Source: Candidatus Binatia bacterium
GTDB lineage: Bacteria; Desulfobacterota; Binatia; UBA9968; CAXXLF01
DNA: 64,000 nucleotides
Assembly: GCA_963664015.2 (NCBI GenBank)
Contig: CAXXLF010000002.1
Span: 672,001-736,000 of the forward strand
Direction of reading: 5' to 3'
Every line of letters begins with the position of its first letter. Position 1 is the first letter of the stretch. Under the pieces are notes generated by a model that ran no database searches, was not told the origin of the DNA, and saw only the letters and a program-made list of their open reading frames with translations. Shown piece after piece: positions 39,910 to 49,879 of this stretch. The position numbers and the translations under genes were made by a program.

Positions 39910-40914
39910 TCAATTAAATGGAAATATCTCCTTCAGGGCCAACCGCTTCGGAAGCAGGGCGTCAGCCGCGAGAAAGTCCATACACTTCTCGACGCTGCGG
40001 GAGTTCAATGGGGTGAGGCCGCATCGGTTGGGGTCCACTCCGAGCAGTTCCTTCTCGCGGTTGAAAAGCTCTCTCTGCTCCGGCGTAAGGTAGCGGACAC
40101 CCGCTTCCGCCGCCCGGTCGAATGCGATGACCAGCGCTTCACACAGCCCCGGGTTCTGCTCCGCAACCGACCGTCGCAAACCCAGGACATGATAGAGGGG
40201 ATAGAACTCCCAGCGCTTGAACCACTGGACCTGGGTCTCCATGTCTCCGACAGGGAAACACAGGGTCGAGCTCTCCTTGATCATCTGCTCCAGGTCCCCG
40301 TAGGGAGTCGGTGTCTTGCTGAGACCGCCTTCAACAACCCAGTTGAACCAGTGGCCACCAGCCCCGCCGGGATAGATAACGGCGTCCAGCTCACCCTTTT
40401 CCAGTTGGGGGATCAGCTCCGGCGGTCTGATCCCGCCCCGCTGGGAGAGGTATCGCCACTCGACGCCCATGGCCCCGTCGCTGGTGATGGGCTCCGCTGC
40501 GACCCACGGCACTTTATCACGGCTGGCCCCATAATCGTCGGCAATCAACGCGCGGAGAAAGACACTGGTCGCCCCCAGCACCCTTCCCATACCGACCTTC
40601 TTACCGACTAAATCTTTTGGTGAGAGAGAACCACGGCGCATCACGAACTTACGGTGGTTCATGCCCCGCGTGACAAAGATCGGCAGGATTACCAAATTGG
40701 ATTCGGTGCCCCGTGAGAGACGCACAAGAAAATCGGTCAGAACCTGCTCCGTCCCCGCCCATTCGTCTTCCACCTCACCGCGTAGCCGCCGCGACGTCCG
40801 CTGGTCGAACGCCGACCCCTTGAACACTACCTCGAACCCATCAACCTTCACACTCCCATCAACTAGGGCATGGGTCAAAAACACATCCGGAACTTGAATC
40901 GTAATAGTTGCCAT
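39910..40914 (-). CDS. 4,5-dihydroxyphthalate decarboxylase (PhtD)-like protein, PBP2 fold
   Basis: ALVDGSVKVDG, LPIFVTR, DLVGKKVG, LEKGELDA, YPLYHVLGLRR; no signal peptide. Confidence 0.65.
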   Translation of the reverse strand: MATITIQVPDVFLTHALVDGSVKVDGFEVVFKGSAFDQRTSRRLRGEVEDEWAGTEQVLTDFLVRLSRGTESNLVILPIFVTRGMNHRKFVMRRGSLSPKDLVGKKVGMGRVLGATSVFLRALIADDYGASRDKVPWVAAEPITSDGAMGVEWRYLSQRGGIRPPELIPQLEKGELDAVIYPGGAGGHWFNWVVEGGLSKTPTPYGDLEQMIKESSTLCFPVGDMETQVQWFKRWEFYPLYHVLGLRRSVAEQNPGLCEALVIAFDRAAEAGVRYLTPEQRELFNREKELLGVDPNRCGLTPLNSRSVEKCMDFLAADALLPKRLALKEIFPFN

Positions 40915-40977
40915 CTGTCTTTTCCTGTTTTTCCCTCTCCTTACTTATACGTCCATAATCGTATTAGATTCCCGGCT

Positions 40978-41087
40978 TTTCGCGTTCTGGGTTTCGGGTT
41001 CCGCGTTTCTTAATTCTGATCTCTAATCTCTGGTTTTTTCTTTCCGCCTTCTCTATGCGGATCGCTGAGAGCTGATGGCTGACAGCT
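40978..41087. repeat. Cluster of short degenerate heptamer repeats
   Basis: tttcgcg ttctggg tttcggg ttccgcg; ttctgat ctctaat ctctggt; gctgaga gctgatg gctgaca. Confidence 0.55.
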
Positions 41088-41178
41088 ATTTCACCACTTT
41101 GCCTTCTGTGTCTCTTTTTCCCTCTGTCTCTGTCTCAACTCTCTGTCTGATTATTTCTTTTTACTTTTTACTTGCCCC

Positions 41179-41886
41179 TCACATCCCCCAGCTTGCCCTT
41201 TCTCCAAACTCACTGCCCACCGGTGCAATAAAGTATCTCCGCAGCAGCTCCCTTCCAAGATCGATGATGCGTACCCTGAGCTCTTCCGCCAGGTTGGCAT
41301 CCCTCTCGTGAAAGGCATGATAGATCCCCTCGTAGCAGCCGACGACTTCATCCATATAGCCGGGGACATTGACGTGCAGGGCGCGGTAGCGGGCACAGGG
41401 ATGGCCCATAACTGCAACGAGGCGGGCAAGCCTCGGGGACAAGGCATTATCCGTGATAGTCCGTTCCAACCGGCCTCGTAGCTCCACAAAACCCCGGCGA
41501 TCGCCGTCGTCCACGGTCAACCGGAGCTTTTGTACCAGCTCCCCTATAACAGTAATGTCTCTATCGCTCATCTTTTGACAGGCAAGCCGCATGGCGAGGC
41601 CGAGCAGTTGGCCATGGATGAGGTAGAGCTCGTCGGCATCTTCCGGCGTGATATCGGTCACGAAGGCCCCGCGACCGGGCTCATAGGTCACCAACCCATC
41701 CCTCTCTAGCACCCGTAGTGCCTCACGGATTGGGGAACGGCTGATACCCAGTTTCTTTGAGGTCAAGATCTCGTTGATCCGCTGATTGGGCCGCAACCGG
41801 CCGGTCATGATCTCGTTCAACAAGGCATCCAGTGCTGTCTGGACCAGCGAACTACTGGCCCTTCGTTTCACTTTCCGTTGTGCCAT
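41179..41886 (-). CDS. GntR-family (FCD) transcriptional regulator
   Basis: LRPNQRINE..LGISRSPIREALRVLERDGLV..GRGAFV; AGGAGG RBS. Confidence 0.92.
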   Translation of the reverse strand: MAQRKVKRRASSSLVQTALDALLNEIMTGRLRPNQRINEILTSKKLGISRSPIREALRVLERDGLVTYEPGRGAFVTDITPEDADELYLIHGQLLGLAMRLACQKMSDRDITVIGELVQKLRLTVDDGDRRGFVELRGRLERTITDNALSPRLARLVAVMGHPCARYRALHVNVPGYMDEVVGCYEGIYHAFHERDANLAEELRVRIIDLGRELLRRYFIAPVGSEFGERASWGM

Positions 41887-41908
41887 GGCAAGCCCTCCTG
41901 TATGCAAG

Positions 41909-41919
41909 ATTGTCGACAG
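41909..41919. promoter_or_regulatory. Candidate GntR/FadR-type operator
   Basis: Palindrome TGTCGACA just upstream of gntR and downstream of a minus-strand TTGACA (41945-41940). Confidence 0.5.
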
Positions 41920-42311
41920 ATAGACCAGCCCCATTCCCTTGTCAAGAGGCTCACTTGGAATGCATTAAGAATCCTCACCTAACGTTAGGTCCACACCAAA
42001 ACGCATTTTAAGTTCCATGGCTTGAACCAAGAGAAATAGGATGTTCTGTGGAGCCTACCCGATTGTAGAGCAGGTCATATAAGTACGTGCCTTCGATGGT
42101 GGGATAGCTACGGAGAGTGGACTCAACTATCAAGCAATAAAAGCCCTCCCCCGATGAACCGTCTCAAGAGTACATAAATTAAAGTAGCTGGAGATATCTC
42201 TAACCAATCTGCTGGTCGTCGGGCATTCTATGCTCGTAACGGTGGGGTGCCAATATAGCGGTTGCGGGCAAACGCCTATCGCGACAGGTAGGTCGACGCT
42301 GGATCGAGGCG

Positions 42312-43295
42312 TTAAGTGTCGTCCCGATAACGATCGGGCGTGGCGGGTACCCGGATCGGTTTTGGAGCATACTTCCGGGCGAATAAGCCCAGGACGCGAC
42401 CGTCCATCGCCACTAACCCGAGTCCGATGAGACTCATCCCGGTAAAATGCTTAAGCTCGAGGTGCTCGTCGAGGAATGTCGTGCCAAGCAAGATGGCACT
42501 CACCGGAATCAGGAATGTGACGAGCAGGGCGTTGGTGGCGCCTGCCCTCGCGAGAAGCTGGAAGTAGAGGATATAGGCTAAAGCGGTCGAGAACAAGGCC
42601 AGTCCTATAACGGCGCCCCAAATCTCCAGGCCCGGCATGGTCAGCAACCAGGGCCGGTCGACGGCAGCGGTTACGGGAATCAAGATGACCGTCCCGGCGA
42701 TCGCCTGGTTGGTGGCGAGGCTCATGGTCGAGATACCCAGAGCCCGAAAGCGACGACTAGCAACACCCCCCACGGCGTAGGAGATCCCGGCTCCGAGAAC
42801 AGCGAGTTGGGCGAGGATGTGGGCACCGACGCCGCTAAAGGCTTCCGGGCCGATCATCACCACAACGCCTGCAAATCCAATCAGCACCCCGGCGATACGC
42901 CCGACCGTCATCTTCTCATCTTCGGTAAAGTAATGCGCGACGATGACGGCGGAGAATGGGGTTGCGGCGTTGAGGATGGAGGCAAGACCGCTGGCAATAT
43001 GCGTTTGCCCCCATGCGATAAGACCATAGGGAACGATGTTGTTGAGCAATCCGATGCCGGCGAAGGCGGCCCACATTCGCCAGTCCCTAGGGAGAGTCAG
43101 CCCTTTGGCGAGAGCAATCGCCTGGAGCACTACCGCCGCCAACGCCAAGCGCAGCAAGACGATAGTCAAAGGCGGCAAGGCACGAAGGGCAATACTAACG
43201 AAGAAAAACGACCCGCCCCAAATCATTGACAAGACGATAAGAAAAAACCACTCGGTAGATCCCATGGATCGTTTGACGACTTCAGGCGTTTTCAT
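42312..43295 (-). CDS. DMT/EamA-family transporter
   Basis: About 10 TM segments; IWGGSFF, SGLASILNAATP, LLVTFLIPVSA. Confidence 0.9.
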   Translation of the reverse strand: MKTPEVVKRSMGSTEWFFLIVLSMIWGGSFFFVSIALRALPPLTIVLLRLALAAVVLQAIALAKGLTLPRDWRMWAAFAGIGLLNNIVPYGLIAWGQTHIASGLASILNAATPFSAVIVAHYFTEDEKMTVGRIAGVLIGFAGVVVMIGPEAFSGVGAHILAQLAVLGAGISYAVGGVASRRFRALGISTMSLATNQAIAGTVILIPVTAAVDRPWLLTMPGLEIWGAVIGLALFSTALAYILYFQLLARAGATNALLVTFLIPVSAILLGTTFLDEHLELKHFTGMSLIGLGLVAMDGRVLGLFARKYAPKPIRVPATPDRYRDDT

Positions 43296-43328
43296 ATGCA
43301 TTCTGGCGCCATCTCTTCCGGCGCGTCC

Positions 43329-43358
43329 GAAAAAAGGGGTCGGGAGTCTTTTCTTGAC
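43329..43358. repeat. REP-like repeat copy 1
   Basis: GAAAAAAGGGGTCGGGAGTCTTTTCTTGAC, near-identical to 43994-44024. Confidence 0.7.
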
Positions 43359-43524
43359 TCGATGACTTGCCTCGGGGAGTCAGTGTGATGGTGCTTCGTG
43401 ATCGTGTTTTGGCTTGGATTCTGGGCCTTGTCAACCACGGAGCCAAATGCTAGACCAACCCTCAATTGTTAGAGTCGGATTCGCGATAGGGTAACCACCT
43501 ATTGAAAAATCTCAATTTGGAATC

Positions 43525-43995
43525 GTGATGGCTACTAAACACGTTTCCAGCATGGCAGAAATGACCGCGTATCTTGGGCTCCCAATCGACGCGGAGCCCG
43601 TGGCATCCCTATGTGTCGGTTGCAAAAGTAAGGAGTGGCCCTTCGTTAAACCCCGTTTTCGAATCTCTCGTAGCCGCGGCTTCGACGTGAAATATGGGCC
43701 GGATCGCGTTGTGGAGACGATCTTTCTTAAGCGCTTCGGTAGAAACGGCTATGCTCAGTTTGCTGGTAAGCTACCCAACGGTATAAAGTTCGGAGATCGA
43801 CCGGAAAGGGTACATGCCGCTCTTGGTGCACCAACTCGCTCAGGGCTTTTAAAATCCGGTGTTCCGGGACTCTACGAGGGCTGGGACCGCTACGAATACC
43901 CACATCACCGTGTGCACTTCAGCTATGCGGAGGACGGTCGCCTAGATCCGATCATGCTGATGCTGCAACGTAACCGAACTCATAAGCAGCCCTGA
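43525..43995 (+). CDS. Hypothetical protein
   Basis: 156-aa ORF with the LPNGIKFGD..VHAALGAP..WDRYEY pattern, lying between two REP-like repeats. Confidence 0.55.
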   Translation: MMATKHVSSMAEMTAYLGLPIDAEPVASLCVGCKSKEWPFVKPRFRISRSRGFDVKYGPDRVVETIFLKRFGRNGYAQFAGKLPNGIKFGDRPERVHAALGAPTRSGLLKSGVPGLYEGWDRYEYPHHRVHFSYAEDGRLDPIMLMLQRNRTHKQP

Positions 43996-44024
43996 AAAAA
44001 ATGGGTCGGGAGTCTTTTCTCGAC
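43994..44024. repeat. REP-like repeat copy 2
   Basis: GAAAAAAATGGGTCGGGAGTCTTTTCTCGAC. Confidence 0.7.
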
Positions 44025-44099
44025 CTTATGTATCGCCCCCGGGCCGTTTGTACGTGAATCAGAATCAGGGAAATCGACATAATAGCCCCGGTCATCATT

Positions 44100-44372
44100 C
44101 GAGGGCACGGGGAGCCCTTCCCTGATCCGTCGGGAAAATGCCGGGTCCTGATCCGTTGCGTGAGCGCGCTCGTTGATATGGGAGAGTTTTTTCAGCTCTT
44201 CGAACGGTTGACTCGCATCGATTCTTCCTAACTCGTAAAGGCATGCGGGCACGTAACCGCTCAGCCGCACTTTCCAGGAAATGGGCGGCGAATCCGGATT
44301 AACTCAAGCATGCATGAGAATATCGGTGGTCCAGTTGGTCGTCACCGTGTTGTAAAAACGTGGCTGCTCTCC
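44100..44372 (-). pseudogene. C-terminal remnant of a DUF4105/Lnb-like protein
   Basis: PRFYNTVTTNWTT..HA*VNP..SWKVRLSGY...HINERA..DPAFSRRIREGL; internal stop, no N-terminus. Confidence 0.65.
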
Positions 44373-44545
44373 AAAGGGTCACACCCAGAACCGCTAGAGT
44401 GCCAAAACATCTAATTGCGATCTTCATTCGTTAATTTTCTGTTAAGAAGGATCAGACATGGGTCAAAAAACATTTGCTGACAAGTTGTTACAACCGAGGC
44501 CGCCTAACCATCCACAGCCGGCCGCACTCACTGGCTCCGCCATCG

Positions 44546-45379
44546 TTAAAAAGCACTGAGGACCGCTTTGTCGAACAGTCGATCCCCACACCACTTTCTC
44601 ATGAATATAAGAGGTTTTGCGAACCGACCTGCCACATATCGAGCTTTTGGTTTTCGAGCATGAACGGCCTTCGAAATAATCCTAGCGATAACCGATGGAT
44701 GGGAGCGTTGTCCCTTTTCACGAGTGTTTTTATGGAGCTTTTCTACTGCTTTAGCCATTTGTGCATATGCCGAGTTACCGGAACGTTCCATCATCGGTCC
44801 GAGCATCACATCGCCGAACTCGGATTCTATAATCCCTGGTTCCACGATGATTACATTGATATGAAACCGAGTCAATTCCACCCTCAAGCAATCGGACCAA
44901 CCCTCCAGAGCATGCTTCGACCCAGCATACCAGGCACCCATTGGGAAATACACTTTCCCCGCGATGGACGAGATATTGATAATCCTACCGGACTTTTTCT
45001 CTCTCATTGATGGCAAAACCAGTTGAGTCAGGCGCGCCAGACCAAAAAAATTTACCTCAAACTGATTCCGGGCATCTTCCATAGCGGTGTCTTCCACGGC
45101 ACCATAATGGGCCAACCCCGCATTGTTGACCAATACATCCAAGCCGTTTTGCTCTCGGTGAATTCTTTCAACCGTGGCCTTGATCTCCTCTTCCTTGGTT
45201 ATGTCCATTTTTAGAGCCGTAGCGCCCAACTCTTCCAGGTCTCTCATCTTTTCGACTCTTCTGGCTGCTCCGTAGACCTCCAATCCATCGTCAAGGAGTT
45301 GCCTTGCGATCTCCTTACCGATTCCCGACGATGCACCGGTAACCAGTGCAACCTTTTTCTGTTTTATTAAAGTCGGCAT
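44546..45379 (-). CDS. Short-chain dehydrogenase/reductase
   Basis: TGASSGIG, NNAG, SS, YAGSK. Confidence 0.95.
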   Translation of the reverse strand: MPTLIKQKKVALVTGASSGIGKEIARQLLDDGLEVYGAARRVEKMRDLEELGATALKMDITKEEEIKATVERIHREQNGLDVLVNNAGLAHYGAVEDTAMEDARNQFEVNFFGLARLTQLVLPSMREKKSGRIINISSIAGKVYFPMGAWYAGSKHALEGWSDCLRVELTRFHINVIIVEPGIIESEFGDVMLGPMMERSGNSAYAQMAKAVEKLHKNTREKGQRSHPSVIARIISKAVHARKPKARYVAGRFAKPLIFMRKWCGDRLFDKAVLSAF

Positions 45380-45480
45380 GCGGATCTCCTGTACGGATCA
45401 TGGAAGCCGTCGAAACGAAAAGATACGAATCACTAGCAAGTAACGGGAACCGAATTCCGGCTGCATGCAACCCGGCCAAC

Positions 45481-45885
45481 TCAGGCTTTGCTTTGATAGA
45501 CCTGGATGACATTACCCTCGAGATCGGCGATGACTGCGAGCCAGCCGTGGGAGACATCGAGAATATCCTGGACAATGCGGACGCCGCGTTGCTTGTAAGT
45601 ATCGACTACCCTATTAATATCGGCGACCTGGAAGCTTGGGACGGGACCCACTAGTCCACGGGGATCCTTCGAGGACTTGCCACCCTTGTGTAAGACAACC
45701 GGCGGGCCCGAGGTGGCGAATTCGAAGTTGACCCCGTCCACGCCGTGTAGGGGCTTGAAGCCGAGGACGTCCCGATAGTAGGCAATGGCCTGCTCCAGAT
45801 CTTCGACGTAGATCAGAATCCTACGCGCGGTAAAAAGAAGCGGTTCGTTTACCGATGCCAATGTCGCCCACCTTATCTTCGTCAT
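45481..45885 (-). CDS. VOC (glyoxalase/bleomycin resistance) family protein
   Basis: IYVEDLEQAIAYYRDVLGF, FQVADI, DLEGNVI; ATGA overlap with the upstream gene. Confidence 0.85.
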   Translation of the reverse strand: MTKIRWATLASVNEPLLFTARRILIYVEDLEQAIAYYRDVLGFKPLHGVDGVNFEFATSGPPVVLHKGGKSSKDPRGLVGPVPSFQVADINRVVDTYKQRGVRIVQDILDVSHGWLAVIADLEGNVIQVYQSKA

Positions 45886-46874
45886 CCAACCTTGGCACTT
45901 GTGCCGGGAAAGATCTCCTGCACCGTAAAGCGACGATTGAGCAATCCGTCGGCCTGGAGGTAGTCCATGAGCTTTTCTATGGTGTGAAGCTGCACCTCTC
46001 CCAGCTCGTACTTATAGGCGTCGAGGCCCAGGACAGAACGTTCCTTCTTGATCATTCCCTTCTCTTTGTCATTCAAGCGTTCTTCGCTCACGCTCCAGGC
46101 CTTCTTGAACGCAGCCATAAGACTTTCAGCCAGACCAGGGTTCTCTTCCAGACAGTCCGTGCGAAGCTGAAGACAATGAACCACAGGATAGATCTTCGCC
46201 TTTTTAAACCAACCGGCAATCCCATCGGCGTCGCCCAAGGGCTGATGAAGCTGGGGAAAGCGCTCCAGGGTGCCCTGGATCATCTTGTCCCCACCGTACA
46301 GCGCGGCAAATCCGTGGGCGCCCGGATGAATCAACGCGTCGATCTCTCCTCGCGTCAAGCGATCCGCTGCGTCGCGCACTGCCTCCAGTCCTTCCGGTTG
46401 ATCGAACCGGCCTTTGAGCCAGGGCACCTCGGCATCTTCGGCGGCCCCGTGAATCGTGTACCACTCGACCGAGTCTCTCGATATCCCCAATTCATCGGCG
46501 AGATAACCGCGCATATAAACGCCGCCAGGGGTCAGTACCCGGGGCAAAGCGACCTTCTTGCCTTCCAGATCGGCGGGTGACGGTCCGTCCTGGCGCATGA
46601 GCAGGGTCCGTTGGCGGAATCCTCCAAGCATGAAGATCGGCAGCGCGGTTTTTGGAACCCCTTCGTTTCGTTCCATCTCCAATAGATAATCGGTCAACGT
46701 CCCGTCGCCACCCTCCCATTTCCCCTCGCGTATGCCGTGGAGTCGGTCGGGGAGAGTCACCTTGGAATGGAACTCGACGGGGAATCCCTCAACTCCGACT
46801 GTGCCGTCAACAATGGCCCGGGTCCACAAACTCTCACCGATAGCGATCCGAATCGCATTACCCGCTGCACTCAT
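45882..46874 (-). CDS. PhtD-like (4,5-dihydroxyphthalate decarboxylase-like) protein #2
   Basis: TRAIVDGTVGVEG, LPIF..GFR, DLEGKKV, RGEIDA, IYPVVH; paralog of 39910-40914. Confidence 0.65.
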   Translation of the reverse strand: MSAAGNAIRIAIGESLWTRAIVDGTVGVEGFPVEFHSKVTLPDRLHGIREGKWEGGDGTLTDYLLEMERNEGVPKTALPIFMLGGFRQRTLLMRQDGPSPADLEGKKVALPRVLTPGGVYMRGYLADELGISRDSVEWYTIHGAAEDAEVPWLKGRFDQPEGLEAVRDAADRLTRGEIDALIHPGAHGFAALYGGDKMIQGTLERFPQLHQPLGDADGIAGWFKKAKIYPVVHCLQLRTDCLEENPGLAESLMAAFKKAWSVSEERLNDKEKGMIKKERSVLGLDAYKYELGEVQLHTIEKLMDYLQADGLLNRRFTVQEIFPGTSAKVG

Positions 46875-47125
46875 GCGTCCTCCCACAGATAGACTCTATT
46901 CTTTGGCTCTTTGGCGCGTTCATATAACAATTTCGATTCAACCCATCCGGTCCCAGCAAACATAAAGGAACTCCAACCATTGTGTCAAACCTCCTACAAC
47001 ATGAATGCAATCGCCCAACTCGCTTGCGAGTTCGAACACAGACTGAAAAAACTGGTTATTTGACAAAACAAGCCGGCCAGAATAAGCATTGTTTACCCAT
47101 TTTTTCAACGAGGGAGAGGATCGAC

Positions 47126-48256
47126 ATGGATACAGTCTACACACTCGCCAAGACCGGTTATCAACGCTGGATGGACCAGGAAGGAATCCCCATCTTTGAC
47201 GGTCTTGCCGTCGAAGACGTTACTGAATTGCCCCTAAAACCCTGGAAGCGCCTGGGCGGGAGGGGGAGCTACATTCAACTTATGGGCGGGGGGGGAGTCA
47301 CCGGGATGTACGTGGTGGAGATTCCCGGGGGCGGCGCCTTGAACCCCGAACGGCACCTTTTCGACAAGGTCCTCTATGTCCTCAAAGGACGCGGTGGCAC
47401 CGAGGTGTGGCAGGAGGGGCAGAAAAAACAGACCTTTGAATGGGGAGAAGGAAGCATCTTCGCCCCACCGCTCAATACCTGGCACAGGCTCGTCAACGGG
47501 GCCCGGGAACCGGCCGTCATCCTGGCCGTAACCACCGCTCCGATGATTCTGGATCTCTTTCGCGACCCGGACTTCGTCTTCAACATCGACTACCAGTTTA
47601 AGTCCCGGTATCGCGGGGAGGAAGACTACTTTCAGACCGGCGACAAAAGATACCAGGCCAACAAGGCCAAGATGTGGGACACTAACTTCATCGCCGACGC
47701 GAGATCGGCATTACTGGACGATGCGACCTACAAAACGACCAAGGGGCAGACCACCTGTTTCGAAATGTCGGACAACTGTCTCGTCGGTCACATCTCCGAC
47801 TGGCCTTCGGGCATTTACCACAACGCCCACTATCACGCCGCCGGGGCCATCTTGCTTGTCTTGCGCTCTACTGGCTATGTGCTGATGTGGCCCAAGGAAC
47901 TCGGAATCCATCCTTATCAATCGGGCAGAGAAGACAAGGTCATCAAGTTCGATTGGAAACCCGGCAGTATCTACAGCCCCCCCGAGGGATGGTTTCACCA
48001 GCATATCAACACCTGCAACGAGCCGGCACGGCACGTGGCCGTCCGCCTGGGCAGCCGAAGAAACCCGACGGGTTTTCACGACGCCTCAAGCGGTCGTGAA
48101 GGCGTTACCTTGAGCATCCGCGAGGGAGGTACCGTCATTAAGTACGACGACGAGGACCCGCGCGTTCGAAAAGACTTCGATGCGGCCATAAAGAAAAACG
48201 GCGTCGTCTCCCAGATGCTTCCGGTCACTTACCGCTCGGATCCCATCGCGGTTTAG
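47126..48256 (+). CDS. Bicupin protein (copy A)
   Basis: EGIP, PWKRLGG, ERH..PPLNTWH, HNAHYH..WFHQH. Confidence 0.85.
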   Translation: MDTVYTLAKTGYQRWMDQEGIPIFDGLAVEDVTELPLKPWKRLGGRGSYIQLMGGGGVTGMYVVEIPGGGALNPERHLFDKVLYVLKGRGGTEVWQEGQKKQTFEWGEGSIFAPPLNTWHRLVNGAREPAVILAVTTAPMILDLFRDPDFVFNIDYQFKSRYRGEEDYFQTGDKRYQANKAKMWDTNFIADARSALLDDATYKTTKGQTTCFEMSDNCLVGHISDWPSGIYHNAHYHAAGAILLVLRSTGYVLMWPKELGIHPYQSGREDKVIKFDWKPGSIYSPPEGWFHQHINTCNEPARHVAVRLGSRRNPTGFHDASSGREGVTLSIREGGTVIKYDDEDPRVRKDFDAAIKKNGVVSQMLPVTYRSDPIAV

Positions 48257-48349
48257 TTTGCAGGGAGAGCCCCGACTACGGTCCGATGCCGTACATCGGG
48301 GGATTTCTTCTGTGGAGAGGTACCGATTTTTGACGCCCTTCAATTCCTA

Positions 48350-49798
48350 ATGGCGGAAGGACATCCAAAAGGCAGTGGAAACGTTCTAGTCGTAGGCGGC
48401 GGCATGGGCGGTCTGACGGCGGCTATCCGGGCTAGGGAGCAGGGGGCTAACGTAATCCTGATCGAAAAGGCCCCTGATCTCACCCACAGCGCCACCTCCA
48501 TCGCCGGAGGCGGTTTTACCATCCATGTTGAACCCTTTGGAGAATTGACCCAGGCGGGATTGATCCTGGCCTTTCAGGAAACCAGCAACTATCAGTGCGA
48601 CCTCGATCTCGTTAGTATCTTTGCCCGCAGGCTTGCGGCCGACTTCTCCTGGCTTAAGGATGACCTTGGCCTTTCCTTTACACCCAACCCGGACCGCAAA
48701 GGTGCATTTATGGTCGACGGCAGAGGTGCCGCCATTCCCCCTTTCCTGGAGAAAATCGCGCGAAGTCGCGGAGTGAATATCCAGTGCAACACCAGTGCAA
48801 AGAGACTTGTGACCGATGACAGGGGTCGAGTCGTCGGACTTGAAGTCTCGACCCCCGAGGGCTCTAGGGAGCTAAGCGCAGGCTCTGTTGTGCTCGCCAC
48901 CGGCAGCTTTGAATCCAACGAAAAGTTGGTTAAACAGTATCTGGGCCAACAGGTCTATGAGACCGCTTTCATGCACAGGGTTTCACCAAGCGGACATACG
49001 GGCGACGGACAGCTGATGGCAACGGAGATTGGAGCGAGTTTCGCAAAAGATCCATTCATGATTCACTGCGGCGCCGAGGATAAGGCCTGGGAAAAGCCCG
49101 GGGTCAAGCCCAAGAACCAGGGCGGCCCGACCCGCGCTCTGCTCAAGACCAGCCGGTGGGGGCTCTGGGTCAACAAGAACGGGGTGAGGTTCGTGGATGA
49201 GTCGGCGGAAAGCGATCCGGTCTCCACCGCGATCATTCGTCAACCCCGGGGTGTGGCGGCCCTCGTCTTCGATCAGAAGATCCGCGATCGATTTCCCGAG
49301 GAGTCGCAAAAATACGAGGAGGTCGTGCCGGGAGCCATCCTTCAACGGCAGACCCTACAAGAGATTGCACGAGCCATCGAGGCTCCTGCGGAAACACTGG
49401 AACGTACCGTTCGTGAATTCAATGATTCTGTCAGCAAGGGTAGAGCAACGACGCTGGAGATCCCCAAGGGAGTCTATATGCCCACAGCTGCACGTCTTGA
49501 AACGCCACCTTATTATGCCGTCTATCCGGTATTTGCCTCGATGAATACCATCTGGGGCGGCCTGGAGATCGATATGGAGGCGCGAGTACTGCACCAAAGC
49601 GGAAAACACATCCCCGGGCTGTATGCCGCCGGCGCAATCTTTGGCGGGATCTTCAACGGCATCTGGACGGAAACATCGACGGGTGTCCAGACCTATCGAT
49701 CGAACCACGATGCTCTTTCCGCCTCTCTCCAGGTCTGCCTCGTTTTTGGCAGCATCGCCGGCGAGAAGGCGGCTGCCTATGCCGGTGACCTTACTTAA
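48350..49798 (+). CDS. FAD-dependent oxidoreductase (flavocytochrome c/fumarate reductase/TcuA-like)
   Basis: GGGMGG..EK, VLATGSF, TGDG, VNKNGVRFVDE, TIWGGL, IPGLYAAG. Confidence 0.88.
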   Translation: MAEGHPKGSGNVLVVGGGMGGLTAAIRAREQGANVILIEKAPDLTHSATSIAGGGFTIHVEPFGELTQAGLILAFQETSNYQCDLDLVSIFARRLAADFSWLKDDLGLSFTPNPDRKGAFMVDGRGAAIPPFLEKIARSRGVNIQCNTSAKRLVTDDRGRVVGLEVSTPEGSRELSAGSVVLATGSFESNEKLVKQYLGQQVYETAFMHRVSPSGHTGDGQLMATEIGASFAKDPFMIHCGAEDKAWEKPGVKPKNQGGPTRALLKTSRWGLWVNKNGVRFVDESAESDPVSTAIIRQPRGVAALVFDQKIRDRFPEESQKYEEVVPGAILQRQTLQEIARAIEAPAETLERTVREFNDSVSKGRATTLEIPKGVYMPTAARLETPPYYAVYPVFASMNTIWGGLEIDMEARVLHQSGKHIPGLYAAGAIFGGIFNGIWTETSTGVQTYRSNHDALSASLQVCLVFGSIAGEKAAAYAGDLT

Positions 49799-49815
49799 CC
49801 CTTAATCGGACCGAT

Positions 49816-49844
49816 TTGACAAAAGCAACGGTCGAGAATATAAT
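49816..49844 (+). promoter_or_regulatory. Consensus sigma70 promoter
   Basis: TTGACA-N17-TATAAT, perfect match, 35 nt upstream of ATG 49880 with AGGAGG RBS. Confidence 0.85.
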
Positions 49845-49879
49845 TAGAAAAACACTCACCAAATAACAGGAGGTTCGCG

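Noticed and set aside
41950-42310. AT-richer spacer as a mobile element or gene remnant
   Set aside because: No terminal repeats, transposase fragment or recognisable translation found.
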